From positions 13,518,001 through 13,582,000 of the forward strand of contig CM075991.1 of the NCBI GenBank assembly GCA_038087875.1: a DNA stretch of 64,000 bases, given 5' to 3'. The position numbers and the translations under genes are program-made. Positions within the stretch are counted from its first letter, which is position 1. Each line of letters begins with the position of its first letter. Positions 11,816 through 23,100 of the stretch are shown here, piece after piece. The DNA is from Malacoraja senta. Lineage: Eukaryota. Under the pieces are notes generated by a model. The model saw only the letters and a list, made by a program, of their open reading frames with translations, did not search any database and had not been told where the DNA came from.

Positions 11816-12366
11816 TAGTAATATTTTGCATTATTGTTCACAATATGCAATAAATGTAGTAGCATATGGAAACATGCCCATTGCCAAGAGATTTTTATAA
11901 TTGTCATGGACTGAAAACGTTGTTACACTTGGTGACAGCAAAGGACGTATTTTTATTCCTGTCCATTTAACACAATCACTACCAGGGTGATTCCTGGGAA
12001 GGACAGCCTGCAGCTGCCAGTCATTTATGCTGAATTAAGCTTCTAATTAATGCATTCTGATTAAATGAACATTACCATTTCATACTTGAGCTCAGTTTGA
12101 CAATGTACTGCTTTCAAATTCTCATTATAATCATCCAGCTTCTATTCAAACATGATAACTTGGGCAGATTAACACTGGATTCCTTCTTTCACCACCACCC
12201 GCACGGCAATTGGTTCATGTCTCGCCACACGTACCACAGCAGCCCATTCTACACAGCGGTCTGCTCTCCTGTCCTGTCCTCCCTCAGGAAACTTCCGACA
12301 CATAATTTAACCATCTGACTCTGAATGTTCTCAGGATTTCTATTACGAATGACATTGCCCAGTTAC

Positions 12367-12761
12367 ATAGAAACATAGACAATAGGTGCAGGAGGAGGCC
12401 ATTCGGCCCTTCAAGCCAGCACCGCCATTCAACGTTTTCACACAGAGAGTGGTGAATCTCTGGAACTCTCTGCCACAGAGGGTAGTTGAGGCCAGTTCAT
12501 TGGCTATATTTAAGAGGGAGTTAGATGTGGCCCTTGTGGCTAAAGGGATCAGGGGGTATGGAGAGAAGGCAGGTACGGGATACTGAGTTGGATGATCAGC
12601 CATGACCATATTGAATGGCGGTGCAGGCTCGAAGGGCCGAATGGCCTACTCCTGCACCTATTTTCTATGTATCTATGTGTCTATGTAATATGATCATGGC
12701 TGATCATCCAAAATCAGTACCCCGTTCCGGCTTTTCCCATTATCCATTGATTCCCTTAGCC
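12367..12761. mobile_element. Sense CR1 3' end (12433-12686) nested in an antisense CR1 3' end
   Basis: [19 protein letters not shown] on +; the flanking minus-strand CR1 tail resumes at about 12688 and again after the MITE at 13443. Confidence 0.8.
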
Positions 12762-12764
12762 TTA

Positions 12765-13439
12765 AGCCCCTGTTCCACGATGCGAGTTTACCCAAGAGCT
12801 CTTCCGAGTAAAAAAAAATCAAACTTGTGGTATTCTGCAAACTCCTACGACCTTCCACGAGTATGTTCACGAGTATGTTCACGAGTATGTTCACGAGTAT
12901 GTCCACGAGTATGTCCACGAGTATGTTCACGAGTATGTTCACGAGTATGTCAACGAGTATGTCTACGAGTATGTCTACGAGTATGTTCACGAGTATGTTC
13001 ACGAGTATGTTCACGAGTATGTTCACGAGTATGTCCACGAGTATGTCCACGAGTATGTCCACGAGTATGTTCACGAGTATGTTCACGAGTATGTCCACGA
13101 GTATGTTCACGAGTATGTTCACGAGTATGTCCACGAGTATGTTCACGAGCTCCTACGAGTAAAAATTAACAATTTTTTCATCACGAGTATTTTTTTACTC
13201 GCGGACATTTTTCACAGTTTTGAAAAAGCTGCACGAGTAAAAAAATACTCGTGATGAAAAAATGGTTACGTTTTACTCGAAGGAGCTCGTAGGAGCTTGT
13301 GAACATACTCGTGAACATACTCGTGAACATACTCGTGAACATACTCGTGGAAGGTCGTAGGAGTTCGTAGAATACCACGAGTTTGATTTTTTTTAAACTC
13401 GGGTGAACTTGGGTAAACTCGCATCGTGGGACAGGGCCT
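12765..13439. mobile_element. Non-autonomous foldback DNA transposon (PIF/Harbinger-like MITE) with internal 12-bp tandem arrays
   Basis: Termini AGCCCCTGTTCCACGATGCGAGTTTACCCAAG / CTTGGGTAAACTCGCATCGTGGGACAGGGCCT; flanks TTA and TCA; CACGAGTATGT(T/C) x24 on the left arm and x4 inverted on the right arm. Confidence 0.85.
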
Positions 13440-14734
13440 TCAAGAGCTAAATCTACTGTAACTCTCTAGAAAACAACGCTGAGAAGACTTTGCTCACTAT
13501 AACCTCACAATGTTTATATTTCAATGTGACAGAATCTAAACTATAATGGAAGGGTTTGGTGGTTTTAGCTGAGCTGAATGAATCCTCTTTGCATCTCATC
13601 CTTGACTCTCTCTCTCACTGCAACTAATGAGCCATTTGTGCTACCTGCTGACGGGTTTCTATTGACGGGATTGATGTTCCCACCACTCTGCTCCCGTTGT
13701 TATTTATCTGACACCCTTTCGAGTCCTTTTCATCTCTAGCCTTTGTCCACCTATCTTCCAATCAAAACCGTCTGAAGTATCCATCCATCACTTGCCAGGC
13801 TTTGTTCCACCCCATCTCTTTTCTGCTTTCTCCCACTACAACAATCAGTCTGAAGAAATGCCCCAACCCCAAACGTCACCTAATCATTCCCTCCACAGAT
13901 GCTGCCTGACCTCCTGAGTTCTTCTAGTACTTTGGTTTTTGCTCCAGATTCTTGTGTCTTCAGATATTACTGGAAACATAAGAACATAAGAAATAGGAAA
14001 AGGAAGATGTCATTTGGTCTGTTGACCCTGCTCCACCATTCATCAAAAGATGATGGCCCATCTGTGTTTCAAGCGACTTTCCTGCCGCGGCAATCACGTT
14101 TGGAACAAAGGACAAACCATCATATTTGAAATCTTAAAGTTTATCAATTTCTGTTTTGAATGAACTTGGTGACTTTGTTGTAGAATCTGTTGTAGATTCC
14201 AAAAATCACCAATGTGAAGAAGTTTCTCCTCATGAATGGCTTATTCTTTATCCTCTAATAATTGTGTATGTTTGAATGAGGTCACTTTTAATTCTTTTAA
14301 ATTTCAGAGAATAGATGGTTATCCAACTTAATCTCTCCACACATTACAGAACCATTGTCCGAGGAACCAATGAAGAGATTACCTCTTAGCACCCTCCCGG
14401 CTTCACCGAAGGCAGCCCTCATTATAAGTTAAAGCTGCTTCAGCTGCACTTCCTCCAAGACCAATATTTAAAGTAAGCAACATTTCTAAAAGAGGTCTAA
14501 ATGGACTGATCTGGTAGGTTTGGTGATCAATACTAAAATTGCCTCTTCACCACTTGATTAATTTATTCGATTATGAATTAAATTGAATGGCTTGTTTCTA
14601 TGACTCTGTTTAACTGGAGCAAAACCTCCTTACTTTTATATTTAACATCCTAGCAATAAACAATGAGAGGGTAGACAAAAATACTGGAGAAACTCAGCGG
14701 GTGAGGTAGCATCTATGGAGCGAAGGAAAAAGGA

Positions 14735-14764
14735 AACGTTTCGGGCCGAAACCCTTCTTCAGAC
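14735..14764 (-). ncRNA. Minimal hammerhead ribozyme motif in a PLE pseudo-LTR
   Basis: Minus strand reads gtCTGAAGAaGGGTTtcGGCCCGAAACGTT. Confidence 0.65.
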
Positions 14765-16104
14765 AAATGAGATGCTGTTTGCTTTCCTGATTTATTTTAT
14801 GACTATGTGGGGGATGAATGCAGTTGTTGAGTCGGTGAGCTGGTGAGCATCTGTCACTGTGGGTCTTTCCAGCAGTTTCTGATTCATTTATGAAATACAC
14901 TTCATGATCAGCCTTCAATAAATAATGTATCACGTACGTTGGCCTCGACTAATTCTGCTGATATAATGCTGATGTAAATGTGGGGAAACTGGTTTTGATG
15001 AGGAATGTATGACTCAAACAGTAAATGGATATTGCATCAGTATCAGGATTGCTTTGTGGAAAGTCATGTGGATTTGTAAGAATTATTCACGTATGCAGTG
15101 AAATGCCTTTCTTAGTTACTGAATCACTATGATGTCAATATAAATAGTCAGGAACTTTATGCTTGTTTTGCAAGCAAGGTGTCAGCTCAGCTGGGTTGAC
15201 TTCTGAGCAGACTCTCTCCTGCATGCTTCCGAGCAAGTCACTGGCAGTGATTTCCCAGCTGTTATCCACAGTCTGGACACCGACCATCTGAAGGCAGAGT
15301 GAACATCATCTTTATCATGTGACACCTCCAGTATAAATGGAGGGACAAACAGCATCAGCCTTTGAAAATGCACACATCCCGATTCAGGGACAGTTTCTCC
15401 CTATACTAGCTGTAATCAGGCAACTAAACTGTCCTCACATCAGCGAGAGTGTGGTCCTGACTGACCTCCCATCCACCTCACAGGAGACCTTTGAACTATC
15501 TTTAATCAGACTTTATTGGACTTTATCTCGCCCTACATGGTATACACGTTATCATTGTGGACGATGATTGTAATCATGTATAGTCTTTCCATTGAATGGA
15601 TAGCACGCAACAAAAAAGATTATCATTGTACACGTGACAATCATAAACTAATCTAAATAAACTAAACTCCTCTAATGTGACGTTTATCTCCAAGTCATGT
15701 TTGCTCCATTAGCCATGCTAGTAGCCAACTTAGTTACGAAAGAACCATTCTTGGTAAAGATCGTTGCCAATCAGGTTGATTCACCATCCAATACATTTCT
15801 CCACAGACCTAATCTCAAGTATAAATGGGAAGGTGTTCAGCCTGTGGCCATCAAAGTTATATACAGCTCAACAATTAGGTTGTGGTATGCAGTTTAATGC
15901 TTTGCTCGCCCAGAGGCTGAGGTCCTGGTTTTTTGTTGCGAGTTACTAAAACATAAGAGAGGCCTTTTCACTCAGGACAAACACATCTCTGTTGCACCAA
16001 CTCTATTGCTGCCGTCCAACACCAAGGTTTACGGTGAGACCCTGGTGAACCATTTCCCACATCTTGAGAGACACCTCTTGGTAAAAATGTTAATGTTGAG
16101 GTAA

Positions 16105-16770
16105 AAATGTTGAAAAGAAAGCAAACTCAATGCTAGCATTTATTTCATGAGGGCTTGTATACAAAAACAGGGATGTAATGCTGAGGCTCTTTAAGGTGCT
16201 GGCAGGCCGCATTTGGAATATTGTGAGCAATTTTGGGCACCATATCTAAGGAACAATGTGCTGGCTCTGGAAAGGGTCCAGAGGAGGTTTACACGAATGA
16301 TCCCAGGAATGAGTAGGTTAATATATGATGAGCGTTTGAGAGCCTGTACTCTCTGGAGTTTAGAAGAACGAGGGGGACCTCATTGAAACATACAGAATAG
16401 TGAAAGGCCTGGATAGAGTGGATGTGGAGAGGATGTTTCCACTAGTGGGAGAGTCTAGGACTATTGGTCATAGCCTCGGAATTAAAGGACATTCTTTTAG
16501 GAGGGAGAGAAGAAGAAATGTCTTTAGTCAGAGGATGGTGAATCTGTGGAATTCTTTGCCACAGAAGGCTGTGGAGGTAAAGTCAGTGGATATATTTAAG
16601 GCAGAGATAGATAGATTCTTGATTAGTACAAGTGTCAGAGGTAATGTGGAGGGCAGGAGAATGGGGTTGGGAGGGAGAGATAGATCAGCCATGATTGAAT
16701 GGCGGAGTAGACTTGATGGGCTGAATGGCCTAATTCTGCTCCTATCAATGATGATTTTATGATCTTATGA
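16105..16770 (+). mobile_element. CR1 LINE 3' fragment (degenerate)
   Basis: KGLDRVDVERMFPLVGESRT...[18 protein letters not shown] plus CR1 3' UTR. Confidence 0.88.
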
Positions 16771-16799
16771 TGTTGAGATTTATTACCATTTGCAATGCA

Positions 16800-16990
16800 C
16801 TGGTCACAGCTTCAGACGAATGAGGAAAAGGGTGTTTGAAGATATTTGGACCTTGGATCTGGTTGCAAAATCTCTGGTCTACCGGGCAGCAGTGATCACT
16901 ACCTATATGTTCAATCTGGAGCGGGACTACCTACAGCAAGCACCTCATGGGGCAGCGTCTGCAAGATTCTTCAAATACACTGGGCATGCC
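16800..16990 (+). mobile_element. RTE-clade LINE fragment
   Basis: FRRMRKRVFED...LVYRAAVI..., then KILQIHW in another frame, typical of RTE ORF C-terminal regions. Confidence 0.55.
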
Positions 16991-17444
16991 ACATTGTAGA
17001 GATTAGTTAAACACCATTTCACAAACTAATCCCTTGTTAGCTACCACTTGCTCCATTGTAGAGGAGTCTTCAATTCCTACTTTAGCCTCATCAGCCACCT
17101 TAGAAACCCGCAAGGCTGGATTTCAAGCCAGCTTTGTTCCCAAGGTTCTGCCTGAGAAGAAGAGAGCTAAAGGACTTCAGCAAATTCGGTCCTAAAGATG
17201 GTAACTGACTTGAAACATTAACTCTGTTTCTGTATCTGAAGGTGCAACCTGAATGGTTGAATATTTCTTGTGCCCATTATCTTAGTTACAGTATTTCTTG
17301 TTTGATTTTCACTAAGAACAGGTGTGATGATTTTTATAGTTTGCTTTGAATTATATAAAATTTACAATGTCATTTGTCAGCAGGTTTATGCTGCCTTGTG
17401 GTCTCTATTCCACATCTTTTAATCTTTACTCTCAGTAGTTTATT

Positions 17445-17826
17445 GCAGCAGGTCTGGTCGCCTCATTATAGGAAGGTGTACGCTTTGGAAAGTGTGAAGA
17501 GGAGGTTTACCAGAATTATAACTGGATTAGAGGGCATTAGCTATAGGGAGAGGTTGAACAGATTTGGATTGTTTTGTCTGGAATGTCAGAGGTTGCTGGG
17601 AGACCTGGTGGATGTATATAAAATTATGAGAGGCATAGATAGTGTAGACACTCAGAACATATTTCCCAGGATGGAAATACCAAACACTAGAAGGCATAGT
17701 TTTAAGGTGAGGGGAGCAAAGTTTAAAGGAGACTAGACCAAGTGCAGACCCGTTGGGTCTGTTCCGCAACGCGCGGTTGCGAGGGGAGGGGGCGGCCTGA
17801 GGCGTCACACACACACTAACCAACCT

Positions 17827-17880
<54 letters not shown>

Positions 17881-18580
17881 CCACCCCTCACACTAACCAC
17901 CCCCATTGATATTATATTAAGAAGGGAGGGAGGAGAGGGGTAGGGCCGCCCAGCAGCCGTCGGCCTCAGAGTGAGCCTCAGCTCCATGGCCTCACATCCT
18001 CGGCGCTTCAGACCCCGAGTACGGAGCGGGCGGGCGGGCGTGATCCCGAGTGAGCCTGCGGGCCGCTAGCGAGGACGGCGAAAAGCAACGGGGGGAGCAG
18101 CCGATCTGTGGCTTCCGCCAGGTGACAGAGCCGGGCCGGAAGTGGAAGTGGAGGAGAGCTGGGCGGCAGCAGCCGTTATGGTCGCGCGGGGCACGCGATG
18201 AGAAGGTGGCCAGCGGGAGGCGAAAAAATGACTGAGTGGGGGGGGGTGAAGGATTTTATTAAAAATGTGTACAGAAAAATGACTAAATTAATGAGGAGTG
18301 GATTTGCGAATGTAAAAGTAAAATCGCTAATGGTAAAAATCTCGGCGTTTTTGCGTCTGGTTTTCGCGGAGTAACGAATCAAAGGCAAAATCAAAGGCAA
18401 ATCAAAATGACGCACCCACACACACACACACACACACACACAGAGTTTTAAAAGTATATAGATATGATATGTAGTGAGTTTTTAAATACATAGGGTGGTA
18501 AGCTCCTGGAACATGCTTGCTGCGAGGCATAGTGGTGGATATAGATGCAATAGTGGGCCTGTTCCTGGGCTTTACCTTCT
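17445..18580 (+). mobile_element. CR1 3' fragment split by a Helitron
   Basis: QVWSPHYRK...RRFTRII...HSFKVRGAKFKGD, with CR1 sequence resuming after 18463. Confidence 0.8.
17733..18462 (-). mobile_element. Non-autonomous Helitron with (CA)n tracts
   Basis: Minus strand begins TC (TCTATATAC) and ends CTAG; subterminal hairpin CAGACCC-GTT-GGGTCTG at 17745-17761; inserted between A and T with no TSD. Confidence 0.85.
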
Positions 18581-19384
18581 CTATTTATTTATATATATGT
18601 TATTCCTTGCTCCCTCAGGTATTTATCCACTGACCAGAGAACCAGGAAGTCAAACCTGAAAGATAACCCTAACCCTAACGAATGAACATGCAATACTTCC
18701 TCAGATACACACCGAGGGGCTCAGGCTATGCTGCTGGGTCTGGTAACTGATACCACTGCACAATAGCCAACATCTTGGACCTTTTCATGAAAGAATACAA
18801 GCTCACCTTCACTTACTATTGCATGCAGTTTTAGTTATTACTTTGAAGAAATTCATTCATTTTTTCATCTCTCATCCCATTTACCTGTGCATTTAGATGT
18901 CAGCCAAGCTTCTTTGTCACCTAGTTACGAGATGGGAAAGTATAAAAATATAATCACATCCCCAAAAAAGTGCAATTTGCTCCATTCATTTATATTTAAG
19001 ACCCTCAACATCAGTGGCAGTGCTGTAAGGTCTTCTTTCATGTTCATCTTCCATGTTTCAAATGATGACGTCGCTGTCATCGTCCGTCCTGGAATCGACG
19101 CGAGCTTCCGGCGACAATCAGTGGGAGCCATCACTTGTTGCAATAGATGATGCTGGCAGCAGAATTAGTTCGGGATACTTCCAGTTTCCAGTCCCGCGAC
19201 GTGGACGCTTCTGCTGTGGGGTCGCTATAAGGTTAACAACCCTCTCTTGGAAAAGCTCCTCAGTCAGTCTGCGTCTATAAGGAGGATTTCAACGCTATCA
19301 GGAGTTCGCCAGTGCACGCTCCATTCAAGAGACATCGGCGTAATGTAGACTGATGCCTCTGTCAGATTTTTAGGGAGTGCCTAT

Positions 19385-19535
19385 TTTTTGGAAGTTAAAA
19401 AAAGTTTTTTAAACTTCCAAAAAGTGGTCAGACCACAGGGCTTATTTATACCCTGCTCTATATCAAAATAAATGCATATAAAATACATTTTACTTTGATA
19501 TAGAGCAAGGTATAATCCCTATGGTCTGACCACTT
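19385..19535. repeat. Two abutting hairpins (palindrome 19385-19423; ~42-bp-arm inverted repeat 19422-19535)
   Basis: TTTTTGGAAGTT...AACTTCCAAAAA; AAGTGGTCAGACCA..CTATATCAAA / TTTGATATAG..TGGTCTGACCACTT. Confidence 0.85.
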
Positions 19536-19975
19536 ACATTGGGTTTCCACCCTCGAGAACAAATTAAACAATGATTCTGCTGAATGTTGTTTTTGTGGGG
19601 TTAAGTGTTTCTCAGATTGGCTCCCCAATAATGAGATATTTTATGGACTGTAGGAAGCTTTGAGATATCTCCAGGTTTCTCCAATTTTAATCAAGGTTAT
19701 TACACATGGTTATTTATTACACATGCTGGCATTTGTCTTGGCTCGTAGTAAGCTGAGTGCTTCTAATTGATTTTTTAGTGGATGGATATTCACCAGCCAA
19801 AGCAGGAATAAATATACATCAGGTTATTCCCTCCCCGAGAGGAAGGTGGTGTTGGGAGTGGTGTTGGTAATACCATTCGCCTAGAGAATCATGTGTTTTA
19901 GTGAGCAACATGGATCTATTCTTTCTGTTAAAATACCAGTTCCATCAGATGAAAATGACTCTTCTTTGATTCCAG

Positions 19976-20138
19976 ACAGACAAATTCCTCTACCACATGC
20001 GGCTGTCAGATGAAGTTCTGCATGATATATCTGAACGCTTTCTAAAAGAGATGAAGCGAGGACTTGGCAAAGATACCAATCCGACATCATCGGTCAAGAT
20101 GCTGCCTAGCTTTGTCAGGTCAACTCCTGATGGGACAG
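19976..20138 (+). CDS. HK2: HK2 exon 2 ([15 protein letters not shown]...[15 protein letters not shown])
   Basis: ttccag|ACA...ACAG|gtaagg; 163 nt. Confidence 0.96.
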
Positions 20139-23100
20139 GTAAGGTCAAGTTTGGAAGGCGTATTGCACTAGCACTCAACCCCCTTCCTTGGTGTTGGTCT
20201 TCCTTTAAACTAATAGCCTAAATCCATTCTTTTAGATTGACTTCTACATAAAATGAATTTGGTAAATAGTACACATAGTTGCAAATTGGTGAGGGTGTTA
20301 GCCCACGATTGGCTAATGTCCACAAAAAAACGCAGTTGGCAGATGGCAATCCGTCGGCCATTTGATGCCAGTCCCAGTTAATAGTTTGTAAATGACACAT
20401 TGCCTGGTAGCAAGCTTGATCCCAGATGTGACCAAGGCAGTTGGAGTTTCACATGGTGTGCAGCGTGCAGGATGAATGTGCAGAAAATACCGCAGTGCAT
20501 CCAGAGACGAGGAATGAGAGAAGCTTCAGCAAGAAGGCATATTCACCCAGGGGGATTCAAAGGGACAATTGTCCAAGCTTGGTGTGCAGGACATCTGTGT
20601 ACTTGTTGCTGCTTGTCATCCTCTCTATTCACAGCTGCATGGTGAGGATCGCATTGCCCATTGCTGTTACACTAAACTACATGATCAATACTGGGCTACA
20701 AGTTCTCCACTCTGATCTCTTTATGCAGTATTCTATTTACCAAGATCATTTTACACAGAAGACACAATGGTGGAAGGGTTTAGTGCCCAACAACAACATG
20801 CATACCCACACACACAGGCATGCATACAAACACCTACAGCAAGACATCCACCCCTCTTGACCGGTGTGGAAGTCCTGTACTAACATGGTGTCTTATTGGT
20901 GTTGAGTCATGTCTCATGAATCGGGGAGTCATGTCCACTCTGTTATTGTCACTACTGCAGCCACAGAAATGTTTGCAAAAGTCCAGATTGCCTGACTATA
21001 AGATATTTTGAACACTGAACATCTTATTCATATAATGACCTGAGCATCATGTCAGGTGGTGAACTTTTTTTTTGACTATCAGAGAGGCCAAAGTCCCCAA
21101 AATGTCAACAAATTATGGCCATCAGCCTCTTTCAGTGGGTTAATATTCTCAGAATCCTCTGGTGCAGAACTTGTGTGCGACATCTAGATCTGTGTTTTCA
21201 CCTTCACTTTTGCCTGGTTCTCCCCTTGCCACAGACACCTTTGCATAAAAGTTCTGAAAGATTAGCATCTGTTCCCTGGTCTTTTAGTTCCTCCCATTGG
21301 TGCTAGCAGATGAACAATCCAGTACGGAATGACAAAGACTATTTCTAAGTTCCTCATGGCAAAAGTTAAAAAGACAACAGTATACACTGTCCTTGGCAAG
21401 TATGGAGAATATCACAGGTACACCTGCTCCAGGTGAGAAGAGTCTGTCTGCTCCCAGATAGAGTTCCTCAACAAAAAACCCACCAATGTCATATGGTCAT
21501 AAGTGATAGGAGCAGAATTAGGCCATTCACCCCCTCAAGTCTACCCTGCCATTTAATCATGGCTAATCTATCTCTCCTTACTAACCCCATTCTCCAGCCT
21601 TCTCCCCATAACCCCTCTCATCCATACTAATCAAGAATCTATCTATTTCTGCCTTTAAAATATCCATTGATGGCCTTCTGTGGTAAAGAAATTCCTTGTC
21701 CTCTCCTGAATCATCCTTGTAAACTCCAGCGAGTACAGGCCCAGAACCATCAAACCCTCATCACACGTTAACCCAATTATTGCTGAAATGTTTTCTGCAA
21801 ATGTAGCGTTTACTTCATTTCCTGCCTTCATGAACACTCCGATCTCCTCAAAAACCCATGGAGGTTAGTCAAACATATCGAAGGTAGACACAAAATGCTG
21901 GAGTAAATCATTGGGTCAGAAGCAGCATCTCCGGAGAGAAGGAATGGGTGATGTTTTGGGTCGACACCCTTCAGACAAACATGTCTTTCCTTTAAAAAAT
22001 CACTATGGGCTCCCCCTTATTGACTAACATTTCTCTGAGTGTCTGTTAATGTTCCCCTAATTATTACTTCTGAAAGTTTTGAGGTTGGACTGACTAACCT
22101 ATATTTGCAGGCCATGAACTTACACCTCATTTTGAAGCAATTTCACGTATCATATGCTCCTGACCTCTGGCACTTCCCTGGTGCCCAAGAGGAACAGAAA
22201 GACCATGACAAGCAATTTTGTGACCCCCCCCCCCCCCCCCACTCCCACTTCCTTCAGATGACTTGCTACGTGCAAGCATAAATACTCTCTTATAAATACT
22301 TTAACCTCAACCATTATTCTCAACTATCTCCTTTTCTACTGAGACTTGGTGACGGACTTTTTCTTCAATCTGGAAGGTACATTTCTGGAGTTCTGCAGTG
22401 TAGTCTCGTAGTTTTCATCCTTTTCCTTAAATACAATTTATTCATTTAATTTTCGCTTTACTCCCCACTTCTGTGTGCTGATCACTTTCTTGTCCTCCTT
22501 CACCTCACCCCTCACACAATTATATATTGTTCATGTCTCTAAATCTGGATCCTTTCTTTGCAAGTCTTAATGTTCAGTATACATCTCAATGGAAGGATAT
22601 GATCATTGTGGTGGCAGACGAGATTAGTTTATCTTCGCATCATATTCGACGCAGACATTGTGGGTCGAAGGGCCTGTCGCCATGCTGTACTGTTGTATAT
22701 TTCATTTTAATATCAAGAATGGCTATGCAGCACGCTCCTGCATTGGAAATGTTTCTGATCTCTAGCACTGCCATGCTGTTGTGCTGTTTGGATATTTATC
22801 CTGTTGTCCCACATGCCCTACAGCAGCCGTTGCTGTCCACTGCACAAATGCTCCTTCAGCACAGTGGACATTAAATACGTGAAATGTGCTGTGTTAGATA
22901 GATTTGTAACAATCACATCTCACCCTGTGAGCATTGCCACACAATGGAATTACTGTAATCAAAAAGCAGATGTAATCGAGCTTAGGCCAGTGCACTGAAA
23001 GTCTCAATACAGCTCGACTCCATTCACATTTTGGTTCCTGAATCTTGTGCCTTTTGAAGTCAGTTGTAAGATTAATACAGTGAATGGTCATCCTCACAAG

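Larger units (their letters stand above)
10880..11850 (+). mobile_element. Old degenerate Penelope-like element interrupted by a CR1
   Basis: Similar to the reverse complement of 35964-36699 (CCCATCAGCCT..., ACTTGTGCTTCTTCCAGTCTAATA, resuming ATATTTTGCATT after the CR1). Confidence 0.55.

Noticed and set aside
12615..13378. Cys-rich (SRVC)n, (NILV)n and (TSMF)n ORFs
   Set aside because: These are translations of the 12-bp tandem array inside a MITE, with no splice or codon evidence for a gene.
18666..18680. Telomere-like CCCTAA repeats
   Set aside because: Only about two units, too short to support an interstitial telomere or telomere-associated insertion.
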